A stretch of DNA of 64,000 nt from a virus (lineage: Duplodnaviria > Caudoviricetes): the IMG/VR virus record IMGVR_UViG_3300017963_000189; one strand, written 5' to 3'. The position numbers and the translations under genes were made by a program. Each line of letters starts with the position of its first letter. The first letter of the stretch is position 1. The notes below the pieces were generated by a model. It saw nothing but the letters and a program-made list of their open reading frames with translations. It made no database searches and was not told the DNA's origin. This document shows, one piece after another, positions 39,226 through 47,685 of the stretch.

Positions 39226-39558
39226 TTATAAAGATTCTCCATTAAAAGTAATACCAAAATTCAAATCATCACTATGACTTAATTCTTCGGGCATTTCCAA
39301 TCCATCATCCTTGACAGATTTTTCGAATAAAAACCATTCGTGATATAAACCACTACCATAAAGTATTCTACTTACATTGTGTGACCCAAATATGTTCGGT
39401 CTATCAACCATGTATCGTATGACCGCATATTTCTTCGCACTCAGTATACCCTTTTCACCGGATTCAAAATTCGCTATTGATGCGTAATCTTTAACTAAAA
39501 CAGTTCCGTCACCATTTCCGGTATCTACAAGTTCAAAATCTAAAAATTTAATTCTCAT
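39226..39558 (-). CDS. Hypothetical early protein (probable start MRIKF at 39558)
   Basis: 110 aa; second gene of the sigma70 cassette. Confidence 0.6.
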   Translation of the reverse strand: MRIKFLDFELVDTGNGDGTVLVKDYASIANFESGEKGILSAKKYAVIRYMVDRPNIFGSHNVSRILYGSGLYHEWFLFEKSVKDDGLEMPEELSHSDDLNFGITFNGESL

Positions 39559-39574
39559 AACTTTTTCCTTTATT

Positions 39575-40258
39575 TTAAGAAAGTTCACTTTTTACATAAT
39601 TCTCAAACCATTTTTCCCATTCTTCATTTACTTCATAATAACGAGTATCAAGTGAATCCCATTCAGAAGTATTATAAGGATGTCCATAATTTTCATTATA
39701 ATTTTCTTCAGTACCAGATCCATCACAATTTGAACAAGTTACATATTCATCATTTTCAGGATCATCATAATCAGCCATTTCACCAGATCCACCACACTCA
39801 TAACAATAATCTTCAGTATATTCTTCGTCGTCTATTTCAACTTTAAAATCTTTCACAACATTATAAACTTTTTCAGTCAGATCATTGACACCTGGCAAAG
39901 CAAATTCATTCATTAATTCAGCTATTTCTTCGTGAAGAGCAATTTGTTCACCATGACTATGACCAAAACCACCTCTATAACTTCCATCGTCGTCGCGAGA
40001 AGCATAACCATTATCGTAATACTGCATATGTCCACCATTACAAACTTGTTGGTTGAACTTTCCAAGTAAAATGACCATAACGGCGAAGTCACCATACTTT
40101 TCTCTTGTCCATTCAATCATCGAAGTATAAGAATTTACTTCTTTATTTTTATCATCTTGCCATTCGTTATAGGCTAAATCAAGTATCGTTTGCCAGTAAC
40201 CATCTTCTTTATTAAAGTTTTCTTTTACGTCTTTTGAAAGTTTTTCTAACTTAGTCAT
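39575..40258 (-). CDS. DMP19/DUF4375-like acidic protein with inserted DnaJ-type Zn finger
   Basis: Start ATG 40258 with SD AAGGAG; QVCNGGHMQYYDNG and WDSLDTRYY motifs; CYECGGSG and CSNCDGSG; very acidic. Confidence 0.65.
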   Translation of the reverse strand: MTKLEKLSKDVKENFNKEDGYWQTILDLAYNEWQDDKNKEVNSYTSMIEWTREKYGDFAVMVILLGKFNQQVCNGGHMQYYDNGYASRDDDGSYRGGFGHSHGEQIALHEEIAELMNEFALPGVNDLTEKVYNVVKDFKVEIDDEEYTEDYCYECGGSGEMADYDDPENDEYVTCSNCDGSGTEENYNENYGHPYNTSEWDSLDTRYYEVNEEWEKWFENYVKSELS

Positions 40259-40303
40259 AACTTTACTCCTTTTAAGGTTTTTTCTTTTCTCAATCAACAT
40301 TAT

Positions 40304-40343
40304 AAATATACGAAATTTCAGAGTAAATGTCAACTGTTTTCTG
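40304..40343 (-). promoter_or_regulatory. Early sigma70-type promoter
   Basis: TTGACA (40328-40333)-17 nt-TATATT (40305-40310); 37/40 identical to 303-342. Confidence 0.85.
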
Positions 40344-40363
40344 TTTTTTTTTCACTTTTTTTC

Positions 40364-40395
40364 AAAAAAAAAACCCGACTACCGAAGTAGTCGGG
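40364..40395 (-). terminator. Intrinsic terminator after major capsid gene
   Basis: CCCGACTAC-UUCG-GTAGTCGGG 9-bp stem followed by U10. Confidence 0.9.
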
Positions 40396-40460
40396 CTTTC
40401 ATCAGCGTTTAAATTAAGAATTTAACAGCTTATTGTTAATCTTTATTCTAAGAATTCAGA

Positions 40461-42098
40461 TTAAACTTGATCAATATGACCCACATATATCTTCCCGTAA
40501 AATTCTGGCCTTACGATTTTCTTCGCGTAACGAGTCATAACGCCTCTGCGAGGAGTAAAATTATCAGGATCATAAATCAATGGAGTCATAATAAGTGGAA
40601 TGTAAGGTGAATACACAGCACCAGTTTCCAAGAAATTACTTCCTCTAAATCCGACCAAAGCGATATTTTCAGTAAGGTAAGGATTTTTGTAAACGGTGAA
40701 ACGTGAATTCAACATACCAACTTTTTGTACACCCATTGCGAATGATTGTTGGTTTCCATCAGTATCAGCAGCATATCCAGGAATAGATTCAATAACGGTA
40801 GCAACGTCAGGACTAACAACGATGAAGTTAGCTCCACCGCGAAGTGTTAATTGATGAATTTTGTTACTTACTTTTTGAATCTTATTTCCAAGAGTTTGAT
40901 ACCATTCATTCTTTGTACCAGTATGAGAACCAGCATCATAGAAATTGGTTTTACCATTGTTAATTTCATATCCAGGAAGAGCTGACCAGTAATCAGTAGT
41001 AATAGCGTTAGAAATAAGCATGTCAAGGATTTCTAAGTCAATTTCCATTCCAATATATTCACTCAAGAGAGCAGTTAACTCAGCTTCAGCGTCAATAGAG
41101 TGATATGCGTTCAAGTCTTGAGCCAATTCAGGAGTCCAAATAGCTTTCAACTTACGAGTTTTGGCGACGATAGGTTCTTGAGCAACCGACAAGTCGATTT
41201 CAGGAATATCAAGTTTAACAAGACTTCCAGACTCAGAAGTATCTTCGAAGTCACCACGAGTATCAGCAGTAGGTTGTTTGTGATAACGAATATCATATTC
41301 ACTTGCTGAGAAGTTAGCGAATGCAGCAGCACTACCAGAAACGATCCATCTTACTGTAGCACCAACTTGAGTTGTGTAAGCAGACAAATAAGATTGAATA
41401 CCACTACCACTAACAGAAAAAGCACGAACACCTTCGACATCAAGGTCAGATAAGTTACCAGTGTTATATGAAAGAGCGAAAAGTGTACCGGCAGCCATAG
41501 AAGCACTAATATGACCATCGTCAAAACCAACATCAGCCCATGTGACAGAAGCAGTAGCGAAAGCGTCACCACTTGGAGTAGTATCAAGATCAGCAGTTCC
41601 GCCATATCCATAATCATTAATTGAGTATCCGAAACGTCCACCACCGTAAAGACCACCAGTAGCTTCATCAGTCGTTCCAGGAGTTTTACCACCACCAGTT
41701 CCACCAAAAACAGATTGATTTTGGGTAAAACCAGGTTGTGTACCACTACCATACTTAAAGTCAATGTAAAATACAAGACCGGATGGTAAGTTCATAGGTT
41801 GAATCGATACGAATTCTTTAGCGGCAACTTCACCGAAAATTCTACGTACCAAAGGAAGAGCGACACCAGACCATTGTTCAGCACCACTACCACCAGTTTG
41901 AGAAACTTCGTCCAATAATTGGCGAGCTTGATTCTCTAATAGAATAGCCATTCCATAAATTTCATGTTCTTCGTTCATACCATCAAGAAGACCTGTTGGC
42001 TCCCATTTTTTCACGAGTCCACGAGTTTGCTCTAAAAGAGCATCATATGGATTTTGACCTTCCATTAATTTGTTTAAATTAAATAAGGTTTTACTCAT
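40461..42098 (-). CDS. gp23: Major capsid protein (T4 gp23-like)
   Basis: 545 aa; IQPMNLPSGLVFY, TRKLKAIWTPELAQDLNAYH, YSPYIPL, PRRGVMTRYA motifs. Confidence 0.97.
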   Translation of the reverse strand: MSKTLFNLNKLMEGQNPYDALLEQTRGLVKKWEPTGLLDGMNEEHEIYGMAILLENQARQLLDEVSQTGGSGAEQWSGVALPLVRRIFGEVAAKEFVSIQPMNLPSGLVFYIDFKYGSGTQPGFTQNQSVFGGTGGGKTPGTTDEATGGLYGGGRFGYSINDYGYGGTADLDTTPSGDAFATASVTWADVGFDDGHISASMAAGTLFALSYNTGNLSDLDVEGVRAFSVSGSGIQSYLSAYTTQVGATVRWIVSGSAAAFANFSASEYDIRYHKQPTADTRGDFEDTSESGSLVKLDIPEIDLSVAQEPIVAKTRKLKAIWTPELAQDLNAYHSIDAEAELTALLSEYIGMEIDLEILDMLISNAITTDYWSALPGYEINNGKTNFYDAGSHTGTKNEWYQTLGNKIQKVSNKIHQLTLRGGANFIVVSPDVATVIESIPGYAADTDGNQQSFAMGVQKVGMLNSRFTVYKNPYLTENIALVGFRGSNFLETGAVYSPYIPLIMTPLIYDPDNFTPRRGVMTRYAKKIVRPEFYGKIYVGHIDQV

Positions 42099-42128
42099 TT
42101 TATTTCTCCATAATCATTTTAATTATCA

Positions 42129-43250
42129 TTACTTTTTGTTGTGATTAATAAGTTTGTGAATGCGGCTTTTCACTTCATTATCTTCATTGACGATTTGTTC
42201 TTTATCAACTTTCTTTTCAGAATCAGTTGATTGAACAACAGAAGAAGCACCTTCAACTAAACGTTGTGTTCTTTTGTTTTCTTTCTTTTCGCCAACCGCA
42301 AGGTTTTCCATAAGTGTAGCAAAAATAAGTTTTACTTCACGTACATTCTTAGCACGATCAAAATTCTCAATGACTTTAACCTTGGCTTTGTTGTCAAGAT
42401 TATAACCACGAAATACTTTATTCGTGAAAAGAAGTTTTGCATTCAAAATGTTCGTTTCGTTAATGACTTTACGTTGTTTTTTGATTGCAGATACAGCTTC
42501 ACCAAGTTGAGCTTTAAGTTCAGCTATTTGATTTTCAAGAGCAGCAATTTGTCCAGGATAATCGATTTCATCAGCTTCATCAACAAGACCTTCTAAGTCT
42601 AATTCTTCATCGTCCTCAACTTCATCTTCAACTTCAGGTTCTACTTCAACTTCAGGTTCTACATCAACTTCAGGTTCCGCTTCAACTTCGGCTTCAGGTT
42701 CAACTTCAATGTCAAGTTCTTCATCTTCGTCGTCGTCTTCTGTTACTTCCATTTCCATTTCATCTTCCGGTTCCATTTCCATTTCTACCTCGTCGTCAAC
42801 TTCAACTTCATCGTCGGCTTCTTCTTCTAATTCACTAATAACGGAATCAAGATCAAAATCCTCGTCCAACTCAACATCTTCAGTCAATCCAGAATCTTCT
42901 TGAGCTTTTTCACCAGCTTTAACTTCAGTTTCACCACCAGGATCTTCAGTAGTTTCTTCAGAAGAGGCTTTTGAAGGCTCTTTGTTATCACCTTGTCCAA
43001 TATCAGACGAATCTGCAACTTCCTCTAAAGATTCATCTTCAGTGAGACCGGAATCTTCTTGAGCCATTTCAAATTCTTCCTCTAATTCGACATCTTCCTC
43101 AACTTCATCCATCTCGGATTGAATTTTTTTGGTGATGACAGAATGAATTTGCGGTTCAAACGCTTCTTCAAGAGCAGCTTTAGCTTGTGCTACAGCCATT
43201 TCTCTCATAGCTTTTGCGTCTGCAATCGCTTCTTTAATTAAATTACTCAT
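42129..43250 (-). CDS. gp22: Prohead scaffold/core protein (gp22-like); probable start MSNLIKE at 43250
   Basis: Extremely acidic with EPEVEV repeats and a duplicated AQEDSGLTED; coiled-coil C-terminus; directly upstream of MCP; SD GGAG before 43250. Confidence 0.8.
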   Translation of the reverse strand: MSNLIKEAIADAKAMREMAVAQAKAALEEAFEPQIHSVITKKIQSEMDEVEEDVELEEEFEMAQEDSGLTEDESLEEVADSSDIGQGDNKEPSKASSEETTEDPGGETEVKAGEKAQEDSGLTEDVELDEDFDLDSVISELEEEADDEVEVDDEVEMEMEPEDEMEMEVTEDDDEDEELDIEVEPEAEVEAEPEVDVEPEVEVEPEVEDEVEDDEELDLEGLVDEADEIDYPGQIAALENQIAELKAQLGEAVSAIKKQRKVINETNILNAKLLFTNKVFRGYNLDNKAKVKVIENFDRAKNVREVKLIFATLMENLAVGEKKENKRTQRLVEGASSVVQSTDSEKKVDKEQIVNEDNEVKSRIHKLINHNKK

Positions 43251-43377
43251 TACGTTTCTCCAATATTTTAATATGGAATTTAACACTATTCGGTGAGTGT
43301 CAATGACATTATAATAGTTACTACGTGACGTTATATAAGATAACGTATTTAGGTAGGTCTGATTTTTTCAAATCATA

Positions 43378-43405
43378 TATAAATATATAGAAAAAAGCGA
43401 AACGT
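43378..43405 (-). promoter_or_regulatory. Candidate late promoter (ACGTTTCG-N12-TATTTATA) for scaffold-capsid operon
   Basis: Same two elements and 12-nt spacing as 2791-2818 and 3178-3205. Confidence 0.6.
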
Positions 43406-43425
43406 GCCATTTTTCACGTTCCGCT
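43390..43425 (-). terminator. Intrinsic terminator overlapping the late promoter
   Basis: Minus strand AGCGGAACGUG-8 nt-CACGUUUCGCU (11 bp with one G-U pair) followed by a U-run. Confidence 0.65.
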
Positions 43426-43445
43426 AAAGAAAATAAAGAAACTTT

Positions 43446-43769
43446 TTATTTTAAAGAGTCCGTTTTAGAAATATTACCTTTACCAATAGTACCTTTTACT
43501 ACTACAGCGTTTCCTTTAGGAGTTATTTCTAAACCCTTTGGTTTTACGTGATGAATAACTATATCACTTTTCTTTTTCGCCAATCCTTTTTTCATGGCGG
43601 CCATGATCGCGTCCTCTTTTGATTTCGCTAACCAAATGTTCTTGTCCTTCGTCTTTGAAGAATCTAATGGAAGTTTTACATCACTTGTAGTTCCATGATA
43701 CAGCGTCGCTTCGTTTAAAAATTTATTAACTTCCTCTTTAATGATTTCTTTGAGTCTTTCCATTTTCAC
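43446..43769 (-). CDS. Class B leader plus ADP-ribosyltransferase-fold (Tpt1/KptA-like) small domain
   Basis: Leader KMERLKEIIKEEVNKFLNE then ATLYHGT...IWLAKSKEDAI...IVIHHV; GTG start with SD GGAG. Confidence 0.55.
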   Translation of the reverse strand: MKMERLKEIIKEEVNKFLNEATLYHGTTSDVKLPLDSSKTKDKNIWLAKSKEDAIMAAMKKGLAKKKSDIVIHHVKPKGLEITPKGNAVVVKGTIGKGNISKTDSLK

Positions 43770-43782
43770 TTTATTTCTCCAA

Positions 43783-44025
43783 TTATAATGATTGTCGCCG
43801 TGTCTCGTGTCTCTGACGAGCCTTAGCTTTAGAAAGTTTGTCTCGTTTGATTGCAGATGGTTTTGTGTATTGTTGTGTCTTTTGTATGTCCAACATTAAC
43901 TCACTATCTTTTATTATTCTCTTTAATTTCTTTAACGCATACTCTAAGGCTCGATCCTTATCAATCTTTTTATTTAATTCAACATAATAACCTCTTAACC
44001 GTATGTTATCTACATTCTCTGGCAT
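43783..44025 (-). CDS. rpsU: Phage-encoded ribosomal protein bS21 homolog
   Basis: LEYALKKLKR...ELMLDIQKTQQYTKPSAIKR..KAKARQR matches the bS21 pattern (LExALRRFKR...xYEKPSxKR). Start placed at ATG 44025 after SD AGGAGGT; alternative start 44058. Confidence 0.8.
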   Translation of the reverse strand: MPENVDNIRLRGYYVELNKKIDKDRALEYALKKLKRIIKDSELMLDIQKTQQYTKPSAIKRDKLSKAKARQRHETRRQSL

Positions 44026-44069
44026 AATACCTCCTGTTGTTTTGCTTCTTTGTGACATTTATATTACCT

Positions 44070-44372
44070 TTATTTTTTTAATCCTCGTGCTAATTCACGA
44101 TAAAATTTTGCTATTTTTTGAGCAGCCATAATGTCAAGAGACGCAAAAGCATCATGATAATCACTACTTTTAGGCTCCCTACTCGGCAACGCAGCAATTA
44201 ATTTTTCTTTCATTTCATCAGTATCATTTTGATCTAATAAATCAGTTACTGATACTATATCGTCAGCTATTCTTAATAAATAACTACTCACCACTCCAGC
44301 TACTCTATCAACTTTATCTTCCGTTATTAGAGTATTCTCATTTAAAATCTTGTTCCATTGTTCTTTTTTCAT
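44070..44372 (-). CDS. Class C leader (MKKEQWNKILNENTLITE) helical cargo protein
   Basis: 100 aa; leader shared with 51160-51414 and 51424-51633. Confidence 0.7.
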   Translation of the reverse strand: MKKEQWNKILNENTLITEDKVDRVAGVVSSYLLRIADDIVSVTDLLDQNDTDEMKEKLIAALPSREPKSSDYHDAFASLDIMAAQKIAKFYRELARGLKK

Positions 44373-44373
44373 A

Positions 44374-45243
44374 TTATTTCACCTTGTTATATTCTCTCTC
44401 TTGAACAGAATCACCTAATACATAAGTGTTAAACAATACTTCTAATCCCGTTCCAGTTTTAAACTGAGCATTTAAGAACTTGTCTTTTTTGACAAACTTT
44501 TCCATTTTTTTCTTATCAAATTTAGCAGCTTCACTCAATCGACCAATGACTTTTGTCAAAGAGTTTGTTGGTACTTCCACTTCAAACAAACCAACATCCC
44601 CACCACCAACAGTCGCCATATTATCATTGATTTCATAAATCTTTACACTACCATTTCCTCTTGTTATTTCAGTATTAACTTTCTTAACATATCTTGGAGT
44701 TGGATTGTGTTTTCTAATGACATTCATATTGACTTTCGCCCGATCACCTTGATATAAAGTTGTGTCGGCGTTTGCGGTAACAGGTGGAGCTTCTTCAGCA
44801 ATCGAAGCAATCTCAAAATACCTGTTGAGAATATGACCCATATCTTCATATAAGGACGCCATACGATCTTGATGTTCTTGGACGGCAGACGCTACCTTAC
44901 CAAATTCACCGGAAAAGGTTTTCAATTCTTTCATATTTCGTTGAATAGTTACACCGTCAAACCAATCGTTAGCACCTTCGATTGTGTATTGTTCGGCGAA
45001 CGTAGCTATTTCACTTAACGATTTCGCTAAATCGACAAGATTTCCTTCACGATAAATCATTTTACCAAGTTTATTATATTCCTTAATAGAATTCATTATA
45101 CGTTCTTTTACATCAGCAGGAATTTCTTGTTTTTGTTCGAAATAGTTTTCCTCAATTAATTCTTTTCTCATTTCTTCTCTTGCTTCAAAATCTTTTTGTT
45201 CTTCTTTAGAAAAGAAATGATCTACTAATTTCTTTTTCGCCAT
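44374..45243 (-). CDS. Multi-module putative head protein
   Basis: 289 aa; helical core (DWFDGVTIQRNMKEL...YEDMGHILNRYFEI), then an SH3-like module and a basic tail, separated by IAEE and RLSE. Confidence 0.65.
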   Translation of the reverse strand: MAKKKLVDHFFSKEEQKDFEAREEMRKELIEENYFEQKQEIPADVKERIMNSIKEYNKLGKMIYREGNLVDLAKSLSEIATFAEQYTIEGANDWFDGVTIQRNMKELKTFSGEFGKVASAVQEHQDRMASLYEDMGHILNRYFEIASIAEEAPPVTANADTTLYQGDRAKVNMNVIRKHNPTPRYVKKVNTEITRGNGSVKIYEINDNMATVGGGDVGLFEVEVPTNSLTKVIGRLSEAAKFDKKKMEKFVKKDKFLNAQFKTGTGLEVLFNTYVLGDSVQEREYNKVK

Positions 45244-45286
45244 TTTATTACTCCCTTTATTTATTTACATTTTTTTCTTGACTTTT

Positions 45287-47098
45287 TCACTTTTTTTTCG
45301 TAAATTTCTTGATTTTCCCTTTTAAAATATTAACTAATTTATCTATATCTTCCTCAGTTTTTATCTTTTTCTTTGTTCCATATAATAACTCGGCATCAGA
45401 TCGTCCTCTCTTATCAGTACCAACAACCGCTATTTCTACCTCAACAATATTACCATATATTGATACATCCAACACAGTTTTCCAATCATCCGATTGTATA
45501 GATGTCCCTTTACCAGGAACTAAAGTTAAATTCCAACCTCTTTTTCCATAACGTCTAATTTTATTGTCTAATGTCTTTAGTTTTTTATCTAAAAGAGTAC
45601 CTATTCTTCTTTCACTTAATTCATTTTCTTCTGTTACTAATGTATTCTCTTTTAACTTATTTGGTTTAAACTGTATTCGTTGTCTCATTTTTCCTGGATA
45701 TGGTTCTAATTCAAGTGTATAACTACCATCATTGTTTTTATGTAACCACACACCATCATGTCCAGTCCCCAAACCAAAACCAGCTTTATTTAATTTAGCA
45801 ACCAACTTACCAGCATTCTTTAATGTCAATTCACCTTTAGATACCACTACTTCACCATCACCATTATCAGCAACATATTTAGACGCTTCATTCATCATTA
45901 TTTCTTTCACTACACTACGAATAACTTCTTTTATTTCGCCCATCATCATTTCATCATGGCGAAAATCTATGTACGCTTCCATACTTGGTTGATCATCAAT
46001 TTCACCGGATTGAATGTACATCAATGTATCTTTAGCTAATTCCTTCATTTCCTTAGCGTTATATTTATACTTTTTCTTAGCATACTTGAGTCCATCTTTT
46101 ACCATATCCTTGTCAGATTTGATTTCATTCACTCCCTCTCTGCGGGCTTTCTCTCCAGCAGATGCTTGAGCAAAATGTTTGTATTGTTTTTTAGTCATTC
46201 CACCTTTTTTACCACCTTTTTCTCCAGCACTGGCTTTAGCAAAATGTTTGTATTGTTTTGGAGTCATTTTTTCGTCAAGTATGTCGCCTTCTTTTAACTC
46301 GGATAAATCGGGCGCGTATATCATTTGAAACTTTGATCCAGGATTTTTTATCCGGTCTGCTTTCATCCTCGTCAAACAAGTATTCTTGGACGCAATACAT
46401 TGTACCACTCCATCACGAGTATATCCGTATTCAGCGTCAGTTGGTAAATCAGTTACAGTATTTTCCTCAACACTCTCTTTTATAGTTTTCAACATATCAA
46501 CAGGAATTACCATTTCACTACCCTTCATATGTCCAGTCAATATTTCAACATCGGCTAATTTGTCAGTCGAATAATTCATAATTCTTCCAGTGTCGCCTTT
46601 CAAACTTGTAAAGTTCTTAAAAAATTGTTTTGGAATATATTTCGATGTTACTTTATATATTTTTACTTTATCTCCGATACCTTCATTCATTGTACTCTCC
46701 TTTACAAGTAAATCTGCATTGTTGATATATCCTTTTTCTTTTCCAACTTTTACTATAGCGTACCCGCTCGCTGGAGCTTCGTCACTTACTTTACCCATTT
46801 TACCTTTATGTTTTCCATACATTACTTTAACTTTCGATCCAACAGGTATTTCACTATCAGGATATTCCTTAGAATAGTTTATCCAACCTTCATTTACACT
46901 CTCAGGAACTTCCTCAGGTAATCCCTTATGTTTTGTCTTAGCAAACTTTTCAGTATCCTTGTCTTTCATTGTTTTAGCAATACCTTTGATTTTATCCTGC
47001 AACGCCTTAGGAAGTTTACCCATTTCTAACTCACCCTTTTCATAGGCATGTACCATACCCATTAATCGTTGCTGCGATTTACTCACTGCTGGACACAT
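45287..47098 (-). CDS. Putative polyprotein of about 7 small basic modules
   Basis: 603 aa; modules bounded by SVNE, TMNE, SVEE, ILDE, GVNE, MMNE, ELSE; includes two KOW/SH3-like units and an N-terminal PAVSKSQQRLMGMVHA module. Confidence 0.7.
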   Translation of the reverse strand: MCPAVSKSQQRLMGMVHAYEKGELEMGKLPKALQDKIKGIAKTMKDKDTEKFAKTKHKGLPEEVPESVNEGWINYSKEYPDSEIPVGSKVKVMYGKHKGKMGKVSDEAPASGYAIVKVGKEKGYINNADLLVKESTMNEGIGDKVKIYKVTSKYIPKQFFKNFTSLKGDTGRIMNYSTDKLADVEILTGHMKGSEMVIPVDMLKTIKESVEENTVTDLPTDAEYGYTRDGVVQCIASKNTCLTRMKADRIKNPGSKFQMIYAPDLSELKEGDILDEKMTPKQYKHFAKASAGEKGGKKGGMTKKQYKHFAQASAGEKARREGVNEIKSDKDMVKDGLKYAKKKYKYNAKEMKELAKDTLMYIQSGEIDDQPSMEAYIDFRHDEMMMGEIKEVIRSVVKEIMMNEASKYVADNGDGEVVVSKGELTLKNAGKLVAKLNKAGFGLGTGHDGVWLHKNNDGSYTLELEPYPGKMRQRIQFKPNKLKENTLVTEENELSERRIGTLLDKKLKTLDNKIRRYGKRGWNLTLVPGKGTSIQSDDWKTVLDVSIYGNIVEVEIAVVGTDKRGRSDAELLYGTKKKIKTEEDIDKLVNILKGKIKKFTKKK

Positions 47099-47111
47099 AT
47101 TTTATCTCCTA

Positions 47112-47672
47112 TTATCTTACACTATTTACAAGTTTATACGCTTGTTTCAACGCTTTAGCTGCGTGTTTAGCACTTTGAAATACTTCGTAATCTTCACCAA
47201 TGTTTACCAACTCATTCAATCCATCTTCAACATCGGCTAATAGATTTTTGTAGTATTTGTAATCAGGTTTTTCTTTCTCTTGTAATGGCTGTCCTTGTTC
47301 ATCAAGAAATTTTTCGCCTTTTTCATTAAATTGTCCAGGAAGTCCTTTAAACTCAAAATTATCTTCCCTTTTTGGCGACAATCCTACAACTTGACCCACT
47401 GGTAATAAACTTGAAATCATTACCATTCCTTCATCTAACTTTTCTTTTTTAGATGTTTTGTTTTCACCTACATTTTCTTTTAAAGGTTGTATTACATCAA
47501 TAGGTACAACAATCGTAGCACCTTTCCATTCACCATCTAACATTTTAATGGTTACAGAATCTTCAGGTTGAACTACTCCAGAATCACCTACAAATTTTTT
47601 AAAAGTGCTTCCCGAAATCTTCCCTTTGGCGCGATGAATTTTTACTTTATCACCGGGTTTAAATTTAGCCAT
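47112..47672 (-). CDS. Three-module putative cargo protein (KOW/SH3-like + LDE-bounded repeat + helical)
   Basis: 186 aa; N-terminal module similar to a module of the 603-aa ORF; middle module duplicated in 47686-48375. Confidence 0.7.
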   Translation of the reverse strand: MAKFKPGDKVKIHRAKGKISGSTFKKFVGDSGVVQPEDSVTIKMLDGEWKGATIVVPIDVIQPLKENVGENKTSKKEKLDEGMVMISSLLPVGQVVGLSPKREDNFEFKGLPGQFNEKGEKFLDEQGQPLQEKEKPDYKYYKNLLADVEDGLNELVNIGEDYEVFQSAKHAAKALKQAYKLVNSVR

Positions 47673-47685
47673 TTAATTTCTCCAT

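Noticed and set aside
42709-42903. Poly-Ser + strand ORF
   Set aside because: Antisense reading of the Glu/Asp-rich scaffold region.
43251-43286. Longer track starts (also 39120, 39588, 40333, 52787, 53670)
   Set aside because: Downstream ATGs have clear SDs. The extensions translate the SD, promoter or upstream-gene sequence.
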